Source: an uncultured virus (IMG/VR IMGVR_UViG_3300028586_000749)
Lineage: Duplodnaviria; Heunggongvirae; Uroviricota; Caudoviricetes
DNA: 32,572 nt
IMG/VR virus record: IMGVR_UViG_3300028586_000749
Strand: one strand, 5' to 3'
Position numbers and translations under genes: made by a program. Positions 14,974 to 24,066 of the stretch are shown here, piece after piece; the stretch's first letter is position 1, and every line of letters starts with the position of its first letter. The notes under the pieces are model-generated. The model was not told the origin of the DNA, searched no databases, and was given only the letters and a program-made list of their open reading frames with translations.

Positions 14974-16614
14974 ATGACTACTCCTGAGTATAAACATTAT
15001 CAAGTTGACCTTGATGGTAAAGGTATATCTCACCGCAAAGCAACTGATGACTTTCATTATATAAACCGTAAAGAAGATCGTTTTGCTTTTTCAAAGCGCC
15101 GCCAACTCTCTGGTACCACTGTTGCTGAACGCAAGTGGAAACGTTGGGTGAACGCTTTTGTGCTCAGTGCCACAATTAAAACACCTTCTTATAACCCAAT
15201 TCCTACCATTAACTTTTTTGCTTCTGGTAAAGATTTAGTAAATCCTAGTACAGCAAGTAAAGGGGTAGGCAACTTCACTTCAAGACCTCATAACATTGTT
15301 GGTAGAGTTTCTGTAAAATCGTCAAAGGAAAATTTTTTCACTTCCAAAGAGTTAGACTTGTTTACAGAAGAATTTATAAGCCTTTTGGATAGAAATAATA
15401 TTGAACATGACTTTGCATCTTTAGTAAGTAAGTATGATTTAGGTATAGCTATCAAGATAGTTTCTTACCCTCTAATTACGCATATCAAATATGCAAAAGA
15501 TATTAATTTCACTGGTGCATCTGCAATTCCGCGTATGGTATCAACAGTTTGCCGTGCACGCACTGAAGAGCAATTCGTAAACTACTTTGGGTTTAAATCC
15601 TCTCAATTGAATGAGGCTATCCGTTCACTATATACAAATAAAACTTTAACAATCAACCAGCTTACATATCTTGAAATAATGAATACAGTGTATTCTGAAC
15701 AAGAAATCTTGCAAGTTATCAATACGGAAAAATTTGCACTAATCCCCATTACTGAACCTCAACTATTTTCCAAACCTGAGCAAATTCGAGGAATGTTAAG
15801 GAAAGTAAATTTTGCTACTTTTCTTAATGTATTAGAAAAAGCTAGCAACCCTAGCGATTTTCGTTTCCTCGAAAATGAGAAGTTTCCACCTGAGCCAACT
15901 TTAGTTGATTTATGGACAAAAAATTATAAATCTTTACGTGCATCTAAAACTAAATTAACTGATTTCAATGAGCAAACAATTAAAGAGTACATTAAATCGC
16001 ATACTATAGATGATGAAGCATTTGATGAAATCACCGCTCCTTTAGCAAAACTAAAACTAAAATGTATTATCACTCATTCATGCATAGAATATGAAGGCTT
16101 TAAATTTGTCATAGATAGCAAGAGAAGGCTCCCTAGTGGTTTCAAACCATGGTCTTTATCTGCTTACACTAATTTCAACAAAAATAGCTTTTTATATAAC
16201 GAAATGAAAAAGTGTACTTATAGCCTTAAAGATAATCAGAATTTGTTTAGAAGTTTAGCTGATGTTGTAAATATTATTCTTACAATAGAAAAACTTGTTT
16301 TAAAGCAGTTTGAACTAGCCGGAATAGAATTTAATGTAGAGCAAGGAAAACTAGTTTGTGAAAAGTTAGTTTACTTACATAAAGAGTCATCAGTTTCACG
16401 CTTCAAAGGCATACCTAGAAAAAGCTATTTGAAACTTGTCAAAGAAGGTGTAAGTGATGAGCTAGCATTTGACCTTATGTTAAATAGTGTTTCTTTTGAA
16501 GCAAGTAAACAATTTGCTGTTGGTGAAGATAAGTTACCTACTAGTTGGATTGAAGATATGTTTGTAACTAAGAAAATGTATAGAAAAGTAGAACAAGTTA
16601 CAGATACTCTCTAA
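14974..16614 (+). CDS. large hypothetical protein
   Basis: 546-aa ORF with no recognised motif; C-terminal LPTSWI. Confidence 0.8.
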   Translation: MTTPEYKHYQVDLDGKGISHRKATDDFHYINRKEDRFAFSKRRQLSGTTVAERKWKRWVNAFVLSATIKTPSYNPIPTINFFASGKDLVNPSTASKGVGNFTSRPHNIVGRVSVKSSKENFFTSKELDLFTEEFISLLDRNNIEHDFASLVSKYDLGIAIKIVSYPLITHIKYAKDINFTGASAIPRMVSTVCRARTEEQFVNYFGFKSSQLNEAIRSLYTNKTLTINQLTYLEIMNTVYSEQEILQVINTEKFALIPITEPQLFSKPEQIRGMLRKVNFATFLNVLEKASNPSDFRFLENEKFPPEPTLVDLWTKNYKSLRASKTKLTDFNEQTIKEYIKSHTIDDEAFDEITAPLAKLKLKCIITHSCIEYEGFKFVIDSKRRLPSGFKPWSLSAYTNFNKNSFLYNEMKKCTYSLKDNQNLFRSLADVVNIILTIEKLVLKQFELAGIEFNVEQGKLVCEKLVYLHKESSVSRFKGIPRKSYLKLVKEGVSDELAFDLMLNSVSFEASKQFAVGEDKLPTSWIEDMFVTKKMYRKVEQVTDTL

Positions 16615-16702
16615 TATAAATAGTTAGATTATCTATCAATTTGCTTTGTGGTATAACTTCTGCTATAGTTAATATAATTATTCATCTACGAAAGAAGTTA
16701 TT

Positions 16703-17404
16703 GTGATTGCCGCTGTAAACCCCTTTGAAGTGTGGACACTTGTCTTCACAATCATTGGTGTGCTTGCTTTCGTATTTGTACCTTACGTTCGTAAGGTTGC
16801 AGAGTGGTTTGTTACTATCATTCACGAAGTAGGCCATGGTTTCTTCTCACTTATCACTGGTGGTGGAATTAGTGGAATTGCTTTACATAAGGACGGCTCA
16901 GGTTCTACTAACACAACTCACCGTGTAGGATTGTTTACCTGGTTTACTCGAACTATCGTTCTATTTGCAGGTTACGCAACACCACTTTACCTCGGTGTAT
17001 TTATGCTATTTATGACAGTAAATGGTCACGCCCAAGCTATGTTCTACGTGCTTATTGGTATTGGTATCCTTACGCTAATTTTCATTAGAAACTTCTTCGG
17101 TATTCTTATTGTATTCCTTTACTTTGCTTCATTAGGTGTTGGTATGCTATTGTACCAAGGTGCTTACATTCCAGTGTTCGTTGTGTTCTTTGGTATCCTA
17201 TTCGTCTTCCGTGGCATTCTTGACCTTCTTACCGCTGGATATCTAGTATTCTTCGTTCCACGTAACGACCCACTTTTCCAACGTTCTGACTTCCACATCC
17301 TTGCGGACGAGTCATTCTTTGGAATTCCTGAGCATGTTTGGTATATTGTTTACATTATCCTTAATGCTGTAGCTGTATTCTTTATCTTTAACTTCTTCGG
17401 ATAG
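16703..17404 (+). CDS. M50B-like intramembrane metallopeptidase
   Basis: IHEVGH in a hydrophobic context, AGY, downstream SD, multiple TM helices. Confidence 0.88.
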   Translation: MIAAVNPFEVWTLVFTIIGVLAFVFVPYVRKVAEWFVTIIHEVGHGFFSLITGGGISGIALHKDGSGSTNTTHRVGLFTWFTRTIVLFAGYATPLYLGVFMLFMTVNGHAQAMFYVLIGIGILTLIFIRNFFGILIVFLYFASLGVGMLLYQGAYIPVFVVFFGILFVFRGILDLLTAGYLVFFVPRNDPLFQRSDFHILADESFFGIPEHVWYIVYIILNAVAVFFIFNFFG

Positions 17405-17406
17405 TA

Positions 17407-17458
17407 TTTAATTAGAAAAGCCCCACCAGTTAATTCTGGTGGGGCTTTTCTAATTAAA
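17407..17458. terminator. bidirectional terminator between convergent genes
   Basis: 23-bp perfect arms TTTAATTAGAAAAGCCCCACCAG / CTGGTGGGGCTTTTCTAATTAAA. Confidence 0.85.
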
Positions 17459-17462
17459 CGTG

Positions 17463-18044
17463 TTAACAGTTATATTTTTGCAGTTCATTATCTTTAACAA
17501 AGACTTCCTGCTTGTAATAATTGTAAGCATATGTTGCTTGTTGTTCTGTGCCACCTAAACCTGTTACTACAAGCTTAATATTACGAATGCCTAAACACTG
17601 AATTTCATCTTCTTTTTCGGTTTTACCAGCTATTCTTACACTTTCAGCGGATAGAAGTTGGAATGCTTTAACTTCATCTAAAGTAGGATTAACTTTAGGG
17701 TCACTACGGTAATAACCTAAGATTTGAGAACAAGAGTTATATTTAATACCAGCACTAGCTTTACCGCTATCAACTGTTTTTTCTGATGCCCACACGTCAA
17801 CGAAAGCAAACATTAAACGTTGGCAATTTAAAGTCGAGTCATCAATACCAGAAATAGCTTGAACTACATTTGCACTAATTTCTTTCTGATCTTCTTGATA
17901 TTCATACTCAAAATAAGATAGCGCACCTGCGGGAGCTATTAAAACAAAGATAATCAACCAAGAAATTTTTCTTCTATTGATGATACCTGCAATAATAATC
18001 CAAAGCGCCAAAATCACAAGGGCTGCGATAACAACAATTCTCAT
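17463..18044 (-). CDS. membrane-anchored protein with Cys-containing soluble domain
   Basis: Two N-terminal hydrophobic helices, four Cys. Confidence 0.8.
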   Translation of the reverse strand: MRIVVIAALVILALWIIIAGIINRRKISWLIIFVLIAPAGALSYFEYEYQEDQKEISANVVQAISGIDDSTLNCQRLMFAFVDVWASEKTVDSGKASAGIKYNSCSQILGYYRSDPKVNPTLDEVKAFQLLSAESVRIAGKTEKEDEIQCLGIRNIKLVVTGLGGTEQQATYAYNYYKQEVFVKDNELQKYNC

Positions 18045-18072
18045 TTAAAACCTAACATTGATTATATCTCTT

Positions 18073-18729
18073 TTATATCGGATAAACTTGTCGGTTCGCT
18101 TGTGGAACTTTGTTCATAAAAGGTAACGTGATTTGTGTATATACAGGGTTAATGGGAATGCTATCTACTAACCATGATAAAGGTAACTCAGTTAGCTCCG
18201 CTAACTCTTCCTTAGGTAAATCATGAACTTTAGATAAATAGATAACTTGCTCTACCCTATCTTTATCAACTTTAGGGAACAAATAATCAAATGTGTTAAT
18301 ACTTTGATTTAAGACTTTGCGAGTATTGGTACTATTATGCTCATTTTTCAAAATATTTGTTGAAGCACTTGCTAACAACGAATATATATCTTGATAAGGA
18401 CGAGCGTTCTTTAAAGGTATAACATGATTTTCGTGGACCATACGGCTACCATGCTTTTTGATAAAATCTTTAAGAGTGTATATTAGATAAGTTGGTTGAT
18501 TAGAAATACCTATACTTAAAGCTAAGACCTTGTTAACTTTATTTGCGTCTTCTACTAAATTAGTTTCATTAAGAATTGTTTGTATCTTTGTGTCTGCATA
18601 TGTCATAAAGAAAGCAACTTGTTCAGACTTTTCGGTCATCTTGTAACGAACTAAGGGTTCTCCTAATAAGAAATAGCCTTTTTGTTCTAATAGCTTAATA
18701 TAGTCTTTGACTTTTAAGTGATTTGTCAT
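18073..18729 (-). CDS. hypothetical protein (leaderless)
   Basis: ATG (MTNHLKV) lies 7 nt after TATAAT on the minus strand; the longer ORF-track start overlaps the divergent gene. Confidence 0.75.
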   Translation of the reverse strand: MTNHLKVKDYIKLLEQKGYFLLGEPLVRYKMTEKSEQVAFFMTYADTKIQTILNETNLVEDANKVNKVLALSIGISNQPTYLIYTLKDFIKKHGSRMVHENHVIPLKNARPYQDIYSLLASASTNILKNEHNSTNTRKVLNQSINTFDYLFPKVDKDRVEQVIYLSKVHDLPKEELAELTELPLSWLVDSIPINPVYTQITLPFMNKVPQANRQVYPI

Positions 18730-18796
18730 TTGTTTTATTATATAAGCTATTTTCCATTTATAGTCGTTTTTGAGTAAAAGCCGATAGATAAATATT

Positions 18797-19396
18797 ATGC
18801 AACACATTGAACGTAAAAAGTTAGTTACTATTATCGCGCTAGTAGCAGCGGTTGTTTTAGCTGGAATTATTGTTACTATTTCTCTTGTTTTCTCTTCAAC
18901 CTCAGAGGGTAATGATGACAACACCCCACAACCGCAAGTAACCTCAACAGAAACACCTTCTAACCAAGATGAGCCTGTTGAACAAGGTGCACCTATTGGT
19001 AATGCTTCCGATGAAGAAGCTCCACCTGAGAATTTATACGATAACGATTACAGTAATGATTTAGGATACACTGCTTTACCAGAAGGTTTCGACCCTAGCG
19101 CGAATACTACAGAAGGTACTGTATATGATGACGCTTTCGTGTACGACACCTTTAATAGGGTTATGTGTGAGCTATCTACAAAGCCAACATCAACTGAAAG
19201 AGCTTTGCAACCATTAAATGACCTTATTATTGACTTGCGCAAGAGTGGTACTTCTATTTCAATTAATTATGCGACCGAAGGTGGAACGCATCTTCAATGG
19301 TACCAAGATAGACTCAACCAGCGTGTTGGCTCTGATAAACAGAATGAATTGAGCTTAGTCTACTGTGATGCTGGTGTTGTAGAAGACGAAGAATAA
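18797..19396 (+). CDS. single-TM exported protein with acidic low-complexity linker
   Basis: N-terminal basic residues + hydrophobic helix, P/T/E/D-rich linker. Confidence 0.8.
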   Translation: MQHIERKKLVTIIALVAAVVLAGIIVTISLVFSSTSEGNDDNTPQPQVTSTETPSNQDEPVEQGAPIGNASDEEAPPENLYDNDYSNDLGYTALPEGFDPSANTTEGTVYDDAFVYDTFNRVMCELSTKPTSTERALQPLNDLIIDLRKSGTSISINYATEGGTHLQWYQDRLNQRVGSDKQNELSLVYCDAGVVEDEE

Positions 19397-19403
19397 AATA
19401 TTT

Positions 19404-19454
19404 CTTTTGCCTGTTGTACAAAATAGTTAAATTGTTTTGTACAACAGGCAAAAG
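19404..19454. terminator. inverted repeat upstream of tmRNA
   Basis: CTTTTGCCTGTTGTACAAAA / TTTTGTACAACAGGCAAAAG. Confidence 0.7.
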
Positions 19455-19507
19455 TATGTTATACTTCTTTTAGATGATATTCCGATATTATCTTTATAAC
19501 TAAACAT

Positions 19508-19861
19508 GGGCGTGTCCTGGTTTCGATTGATGAAGCGGACACTTGGAGAAGCAAGCAGAGACAGACTACATATTCTCTTCAATAAGTGTAGTAAAAATAA
19601 ACGGCACAAAAACCGATTTCGCTCTAGCTGCTTAAGCGAGCGGAGGGTAGATAAGGCATTCTCGCCCTTTCTATAAACCCTCTCATAAAGTGAGAATAGT
19701 TTAAACAAAGAGCTTCTAATTTGTTTAAATGAATTTTAATGAAGCAACGGCGTTCCTGATGAGGTAAGCAAAGCAGGAGCCTAACACTAAATTTACCTAA
19801 GCTTGTAGAAGGCCGAGTTCAGTACATTAAGACAGGGGTTCGATTCCCCTCACGTCCACCA
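19508..19861 (+). ncRNA. ssrA: tmRNA, tag (A)GTKTDFALAA
   Basis: 5' GGGCGTGTCCTGGTTTCGA; 3' AGGGGTTCGATTCCCCTCACGTCCACCA; G3-U70 alanine pair; tag ORF 19603-19635 ending ALAA-TAA. Confidence 0.96.
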
Positions 19862-19903
19862 TAAAAAGTATTAGATTATTTTAGAGTTGTTAGAAATATA
19901 AAC

Positions 19904-20110
19904 ATGACTACTAATCTAAAAACAGTTCCCATCCTAACTCATTTCTCAGCTTCCGAGAAGGTAGAAAGAAACATTCGTAATTTCTTGTTTACTCTTCATG
20001 TTGGTGAAAAAGTTATTTTAGAAAACAGTAAACAAGGCATTACTGCTGTTGCTACCGTTGATAGTTTAGATATTAGCCGTTCAAATGCGGTATTTGTATT
20101 AGAAAAGTAA
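19904..20110 (+). CDS. hypothetical protein
   Basis: 68-aa ORF between tmRNA and the next promoter. Confidence 0.65.
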   Translation: MTTNLKTVPILTHFSASEKVERNIRNFLFTLHVGEKVILENSKQGITAVATVDSLDISRSNAVFVLEK

Positions 20111-20163
20111 TTGCTTTTCTGAAAAATGTGTGATAATATACTAGAAGTGTAATTTATTCACAT

Positions 20164-20254
20164 GGCATGGTGGCAGAGGCAGGATTAATGCGCCCACCTT
20201 TGTAAAGGTGGTGTAGGGGTCTACCCCTCGGAGGTTCGAATCCTCCCCATGCCG
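20164..20254 (+). tRNA. atypical long-variable-arm tRNA-like gene (Tyr-GTA or Ser-like body) with 8-nt anticodon loop TTTGTAAA
   Basis: GGCATGG/CCATGCC acceptor, G discriminator, GCA/TGC D-stem, CCACC/GGTGG stem, AGGGG/CCCCT variable arm, GGAGG-TTCGAAT-CCTCC T-arm. Confidence 0.82.
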
Positions 20255-20306
20255 CGTTGGTGAAGTACGCCACACAAAGGAAACCCTAATCAAGAAATGA
20301 GAGAAG

Positions 20307-20873
20307 ATGAGAAGCACATTACTTTTAAATGCGTCTTATGAACCTCTCTCTGTTGTATCCGCGCAGAGAGCGGTTACCCTAGTTATTCAAGGCAAAGCAA
20401 CTGTTGAAGATGCCAGCCCCTACTTTTTCCACGCGTCAGGTGGACTACAAATTGAAATTCCATATGTAGCGCGTCTGACCAAAGAGGTAAAAAGAGGACG
20501 AAACGCTAGAGCGCCCCGCTTCTCACGCAGGGGGGTACTCATACGTGACAACTTCACATGTGCTTACTGTGGAAACTACGGTGACACGATTGACCACGTT
20601 CTACCACGTGCCCGTGGTGGACTTTCAACGTTTGACAACTGTGTAACAGCTTGTAAGCGTTGTAACCACAAGAAGAGTGACAAAACTCTTGCACAAATGG
20701 GTTGGACAATCAAAACCAAGCTTACACATCCTTCACCTTACAGCAACATGCTTAACAAGGTACGTAACAACGATGAACTATTCGATTCTTGGATTGAATA
20801 CATTTCATGGTACGACGAAGGTGCCAAAGCTGAAAAGGCTAAAAGAAAAGAACTTCTAACAGAAGCTAACTAA
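20307..20873 (+). CDS. HNH endonuclease with PLMP-like N-terminus (IshB-like)
   Basis: RDNFTCAYCG, TIDHVLPRARGG, NCVTACKRCNHKK; N-terminal LLLNASYEPL...RAVTLVIQGKA. Confidence 0.88.
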   Translation: MRSTLLLNASYEPLSVVSAQRAVTLVIQGKATVEDASPYFFHASGGLQIEIPYVARLTKEVKRGRNARAPRFSRRGVLIRDNFTCAYCGNYGDTIDHVLPRARGGLSTFDNCVTACKRCNHKKSDKTLAQMGWTIKTKLTHPSPYSNMLNKVRNNDELFDSWIEYISWYDEGAKAEKAKRKELLTEAN

Positions 20874-20915
20874 CAAAGAACCTCACCAGAAAATTTTCTG
20901 GTGAGGTTCTTTGTT
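20872..20915. terminator. perfect 44-bp palindrome, terminator
   Basis: AACAAAGAACCTCACCAGAAAA / TTTTCTGGTGAGGTTCTTTGTT. Confidence 0.8.
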
Positions 20916-20985
20916 TTAGGAATAACATAAAAAGATTTTGTGTTATGATACATAAGTTAAATTTAAAACACGAATGGAATAAACT

Positions 20986-21990
20986 TTGCCTGATATTAAC
21001 GAAGAAAAACTTATTGAAGCGATCAAGAACCCTACAGTATTTGATATTGCTATTATTGGTGGCGGTGTAGCAGGACTAACAGCAGGTCTATATGCTGCAC
21101 GTGATGGTTTCAAAACTTTAGTTCTTGAAGGAACCGTTGAATCATCAACTGACTCTCCCGGTGGAGCATTGCTTCTTACCTCAGAAATTGCTAACTATCC
21201 AGGTTTTGAAGCAGCAGAAGGATTAGAACTTGTTAGTATCATGCGTACACAAGCTCTTGAAGTCAATGCTGACATTCGTGAAGAAAGAGCAGCTACATTA
21301 GATTTAGCTAAAGAAAAAGGAAAATGTCACGGAATTACTACAAATGAAGGTAACGAATACCGCGCACGAGCAATTATCCTTGCCAGTGGAGCGGTAGCAC
21401 GAAGACTAGGCATCCCTGGCGAAGATGAAATGTACGGACGTGGCGTTAGCTCATGTGGTACTTGCGATGGTTTCTTCTTCCGTGACAAAGTAGTAGCTGT
21501 AGCTGGTGGTGGAGACACAGCAGTTGAAGATGCTCTACTTCTTACACATTATGCTGAAAAAGTTTATTTATTAGTTCGTGGGGATAAACTTAAAGCCTCT
21601 GGTCCAGAAGCGCGAGAAGTATTGACACATCCTGATATTGAAATCCACTGGAACACAAGTGTACATGAAGTTCTTACTAACGAAAACAAAGAAAACGTTG
21701 TTGGTATTAAAGTTCGTGATAACGGCGAAGACAAAGAAATTGCTCTTGATGGTTTATTCGTTGCCATTGGCTCTGACCCTGCTACAAGCTTCTTAGAAGG
21801 CACAGGAGTTGCCCTAGACAGCGAGCGTTACATTCTTGTTGATGGAGCGTCTACGGCTGTCCTAGGCGTAGATACAGGTGTTTTTGCGGCAGGTGACGTT
21901 GCAGATAAGATTTACCGTCAAGCTATTACATCTGCGGGTAAAGCAGCACAAGCAGCACTTGAAGCTCGCTCATATTTGAACTCCTACTAA
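20986..21990 (+). CDS. trxB: thioredoxin-disulfide reductase
   Basis: GGGVAG FAD motif, GG.L..T.EI.NYPGF, GRGVSSCGTCDGFFF, GGGDTAVE, FAAGDV...YRQAITSAG. Confidence 0.93.
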   Translation: MPDINEEKLIEAIKNPTVFDIAIIGGGVAGLTAGLYAARDGFKTLVLEGTVESSTDSPGGALLLTSEIANYPGFEAAEGLELVSIMRTQALEVNADIREERAATLDLAKEKGKCHGITTNEGNEYRARAIILASGAVARRLGIPGEDEMYGRGVSSCGTCDGFFFRDKVVAVAGGGDTAVEDALLLTHYAEKVYLLVRGDKLKASGPEAREVLTHPDIEIHWNTSVHEVLTNENKENVVGIKVRDNGEDKEIALDGLFVAIGSDPATSFLEGTGVALDSERYILVDGASTAVLGVDTGVFAAGDVADKIYRQAITSAGKAAQAALEARSYLNSY

Positions 21991-22071
21991 AGGCATCAAA
22001 AACGAGGTAGAAATTTTTTCTGTTGTATTATATAAAGTAATAACGCTCTAAAAATTAAGGATATACTTGTT

Positions 22072-22293
22072 ATGAGTAAAATTAAACCACTGGTAATGTC
22101 TTTTGCGAGTTTAGATGAGCTAGAAAAAGCTAAAGCTGATTATGATTTCATTGGACGTGAAGTTGAAGTTGACAGAAAAGGACTTCGCTTAACCGTTCTT
22201 ACAGTACCTAAAAAGTATAAAAAGAAATCTGATAGAGAAGCCAAAGTACGCTCTCGCAAAGAAACAGACAGTTACGAAGATTACGGTTATTAA
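22072..22293 (+). CDS. small hypothetical protein
   Basis: AAGGA RBS, terminator downstream. Confidence 0.7.
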   Translation: MSKIKPLVMSFASLDELEKAKADYDFIGREVEVDRKGLRLTVLTVPKKYKKKSDREAKVRSRKETDSYEDYGY

Positions 22294-22297
22294 ACCA

Positions 22298-22345
22298 AAA
22301 ATAAGTAACAGCCCGCCTCAAAAGTCGCGGGCTGTTACTTATTTT
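22298..22345. terminator. inverted repeat terminator
   Basis: AAAATAAGTAACAGCCCGC / GCGGGCTGTTACTTATTTT. Confidence 0.8.
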
Positions 22346-22389
22346 AATGATATAATACTGAAAGAACTATAAAGGAATATTAACCAAGA

Positions 22390-23799
22390 ATGAATTTGAA
22401 TTCACTAATCGAAAAAGCTTTTCTTTGCAGCTTATTCGTAGATAGCACTCTCTTACCAACTGTTACAGAAATTCTTGAAGCAGAAAGCTTCTTAGAGCCA
22501 CGTAACGAACTTATCTATCGCACAATAGCTTCTCTTTATGAGCAAGGCCATGATGCCAGCGTTACATCCGTAGCCGCTAATTTAAATAAAGAAGGTTTGC
22601 TAGAAAACGCCGGAGGCATTAGCTACCTAAGAGAAATTGTTATTCCTACAGAAATGCATGCAATGGGTGCTGACCCTATTGGAATGGCTGAGATCATCAA
22701 AGAAGAAGCTAAACGTAGAGATTTGCGTTTAGCTGGTGAACAAATTACAAACAAATCTGTTGAACGAAATGGTACAAGTGCAGATGATGTACTTGCAATT
22801 GCAGAACAAGCCATTCTAGAAATTTCTAACAAAGATGCCGCGTCAACAACTAGCGCATCTTTAACTGATTTACTTCCTGATGCTTTAGAAGAACTAAGAA
22901 CAGCTAAAGAACGTGCAGAGAACGCTACAGCCGGTATTCCAACTGGTTTACCAGAACTAGATGAAATGACAAACGGTTTCAAAGCCGGTCAAATGATTAT
23001 TATTGCTGCTAGACCAGCTATTGGTAAATCTACTTTAGCTGTAGACTTTGCTCGCAGTGCTGCTTTCCTTGCTGGCAAAACAGTTCTATTCTTTTCACTT
23101 GAAATGGCAAAAATGGAACTAGTTAACCGTATCATTTCAGCGGAAGCTCGTGTAGAAACATCTAAAATGAAAAAAGGTGAACTAGACGAAAATGACTGGA
23201 TGAACATTGAGGAAGCTAAAAGTAGACTTCAAAATGGTACATTTATTATTGATGATCAACCCAAAACAGGTTTAAGTAGAATTCGTTCCGTAGCAACAAG
23301 ACAAAAATACAAGCCAGAAGGTTTAGATATGATTGTTATTGACTACCTTGGTCTAATGGAGACACCATCAACTGGACGTTCATCTGACAGCCGTCAAACA
23401 GACATTAGTTCTTTATCTCGTGGCATTAAGTTGCTTGCAAAAGAACTAGAAGTACCAATTATTATTCTTTCTCAGCTTAACCGTAAATCAGAAGAAAGAA
23501 CAGACGGTAAGCCTATGCTTTCAGACCTAAGAGAATCAGGTTCTTTGGAACAAGACGCTGACATGGTATTCCTTATCCACCGACCAGAAGCTGTTGACGA
23601 AAACAACAGACCTGGCGAAACCGATTTGATTGTAGCAAAACATCGTGGAGGTCCAAAAGGAACAGTTCCTCTTACCTCAATGCTTTCTTATTGTAAGTTT
23701 GTGCCTGGTCAAGGTGTTTACGAAAGAGAACCAGAATTCTTGCCTGTAGAAGGCGAAAAGGCAGTGTTTGCAACAACAGAGGATGAAGTTCCTTGGTAA
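22390..23799 (+). CDS. dnaB: replicative DNA helicase
   Basis: AARPAIGKS, FFSLEM, IDYL, LSQLNR, SDLRESGSLEQDAD, AKHRGG; no intein. Confidence 0.96.
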   Translation: MNLNSLIEKAFLCSLFVDSTLLPTVTEILEAESFLEPRNELIYRTIASLYEQGHDASVTSVAANLNKEGLLENAGGISYLREIVIPTEMHAMGADPIGMAEIIKEEAKRRDLRLAGEQITNKSVERNGTSADDVLAIAEQAILEISNKDAASTTSASLTDLLPDALEELRTAKERAENATAGIPTGLPELDEMTNGFKAGQMIIIAARPAIGKSTLAVDFARSAAFLAGKTVLFFSLEMAKMELVNRIISAEARVETSKMKKGELDENDWMNIEEAKSRLQNGTFIIDDQPKTGLSRIRSVATRQKYKPEGLDMIVIDYLGLMETPSTGRSSDSRQTDISSLSRGIKLLAKELEVPIIILSQLNRKSEERTDGKPMLSDLRESGSLEQDADMVFLIHRPEAVDENNRPGETDLIVAKHRGGPKGTVPLTSMLSYCKFVPGQGVYEREPEFLPVEGEKAVFATTEDEVPW

Positions 23800-23847
23800 C
23801 TTTCAGCTTTATAGCCGATATTCTAGTAGACTAAAGGAAGGTAACTC

Positions 23848-24066
23848 ATGGTACTTGACCCATTTGTAGCTCTAGGTATTGTTGCAGTTTTCATTATAGG
23901 TTTATGTGTAGTAGGCGTTGTAGTCTACAAAGTAGTTAGCGGTAACATCAAAAAAGAATCCAAAACATCGATGCCATTAGGTAGTGACAGCACTACCACA
24001 GCATCTATGTTACAAGACAAGTATAGGTCAGAACGAGACAGTGGCGAATTCAAACGAAACATCTAA
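23848..24066 (+). CDS. small single-TM membrane protein
   Basis: AAGGAAGG RBS, N-terminal hydrophobic helix. Confidence 0.75.
   Translation: MVLDPFVALGIVAVFIIGLCVVGVVVYKVVSGNIKKESKTSMPLGSDSTTTASMLQDKYRSERDSGEFKRNI

Noticed and set aside
19427..19708. Minus-strand 93-aa ORF
   Set aside because: Antisense to the tmRNA.
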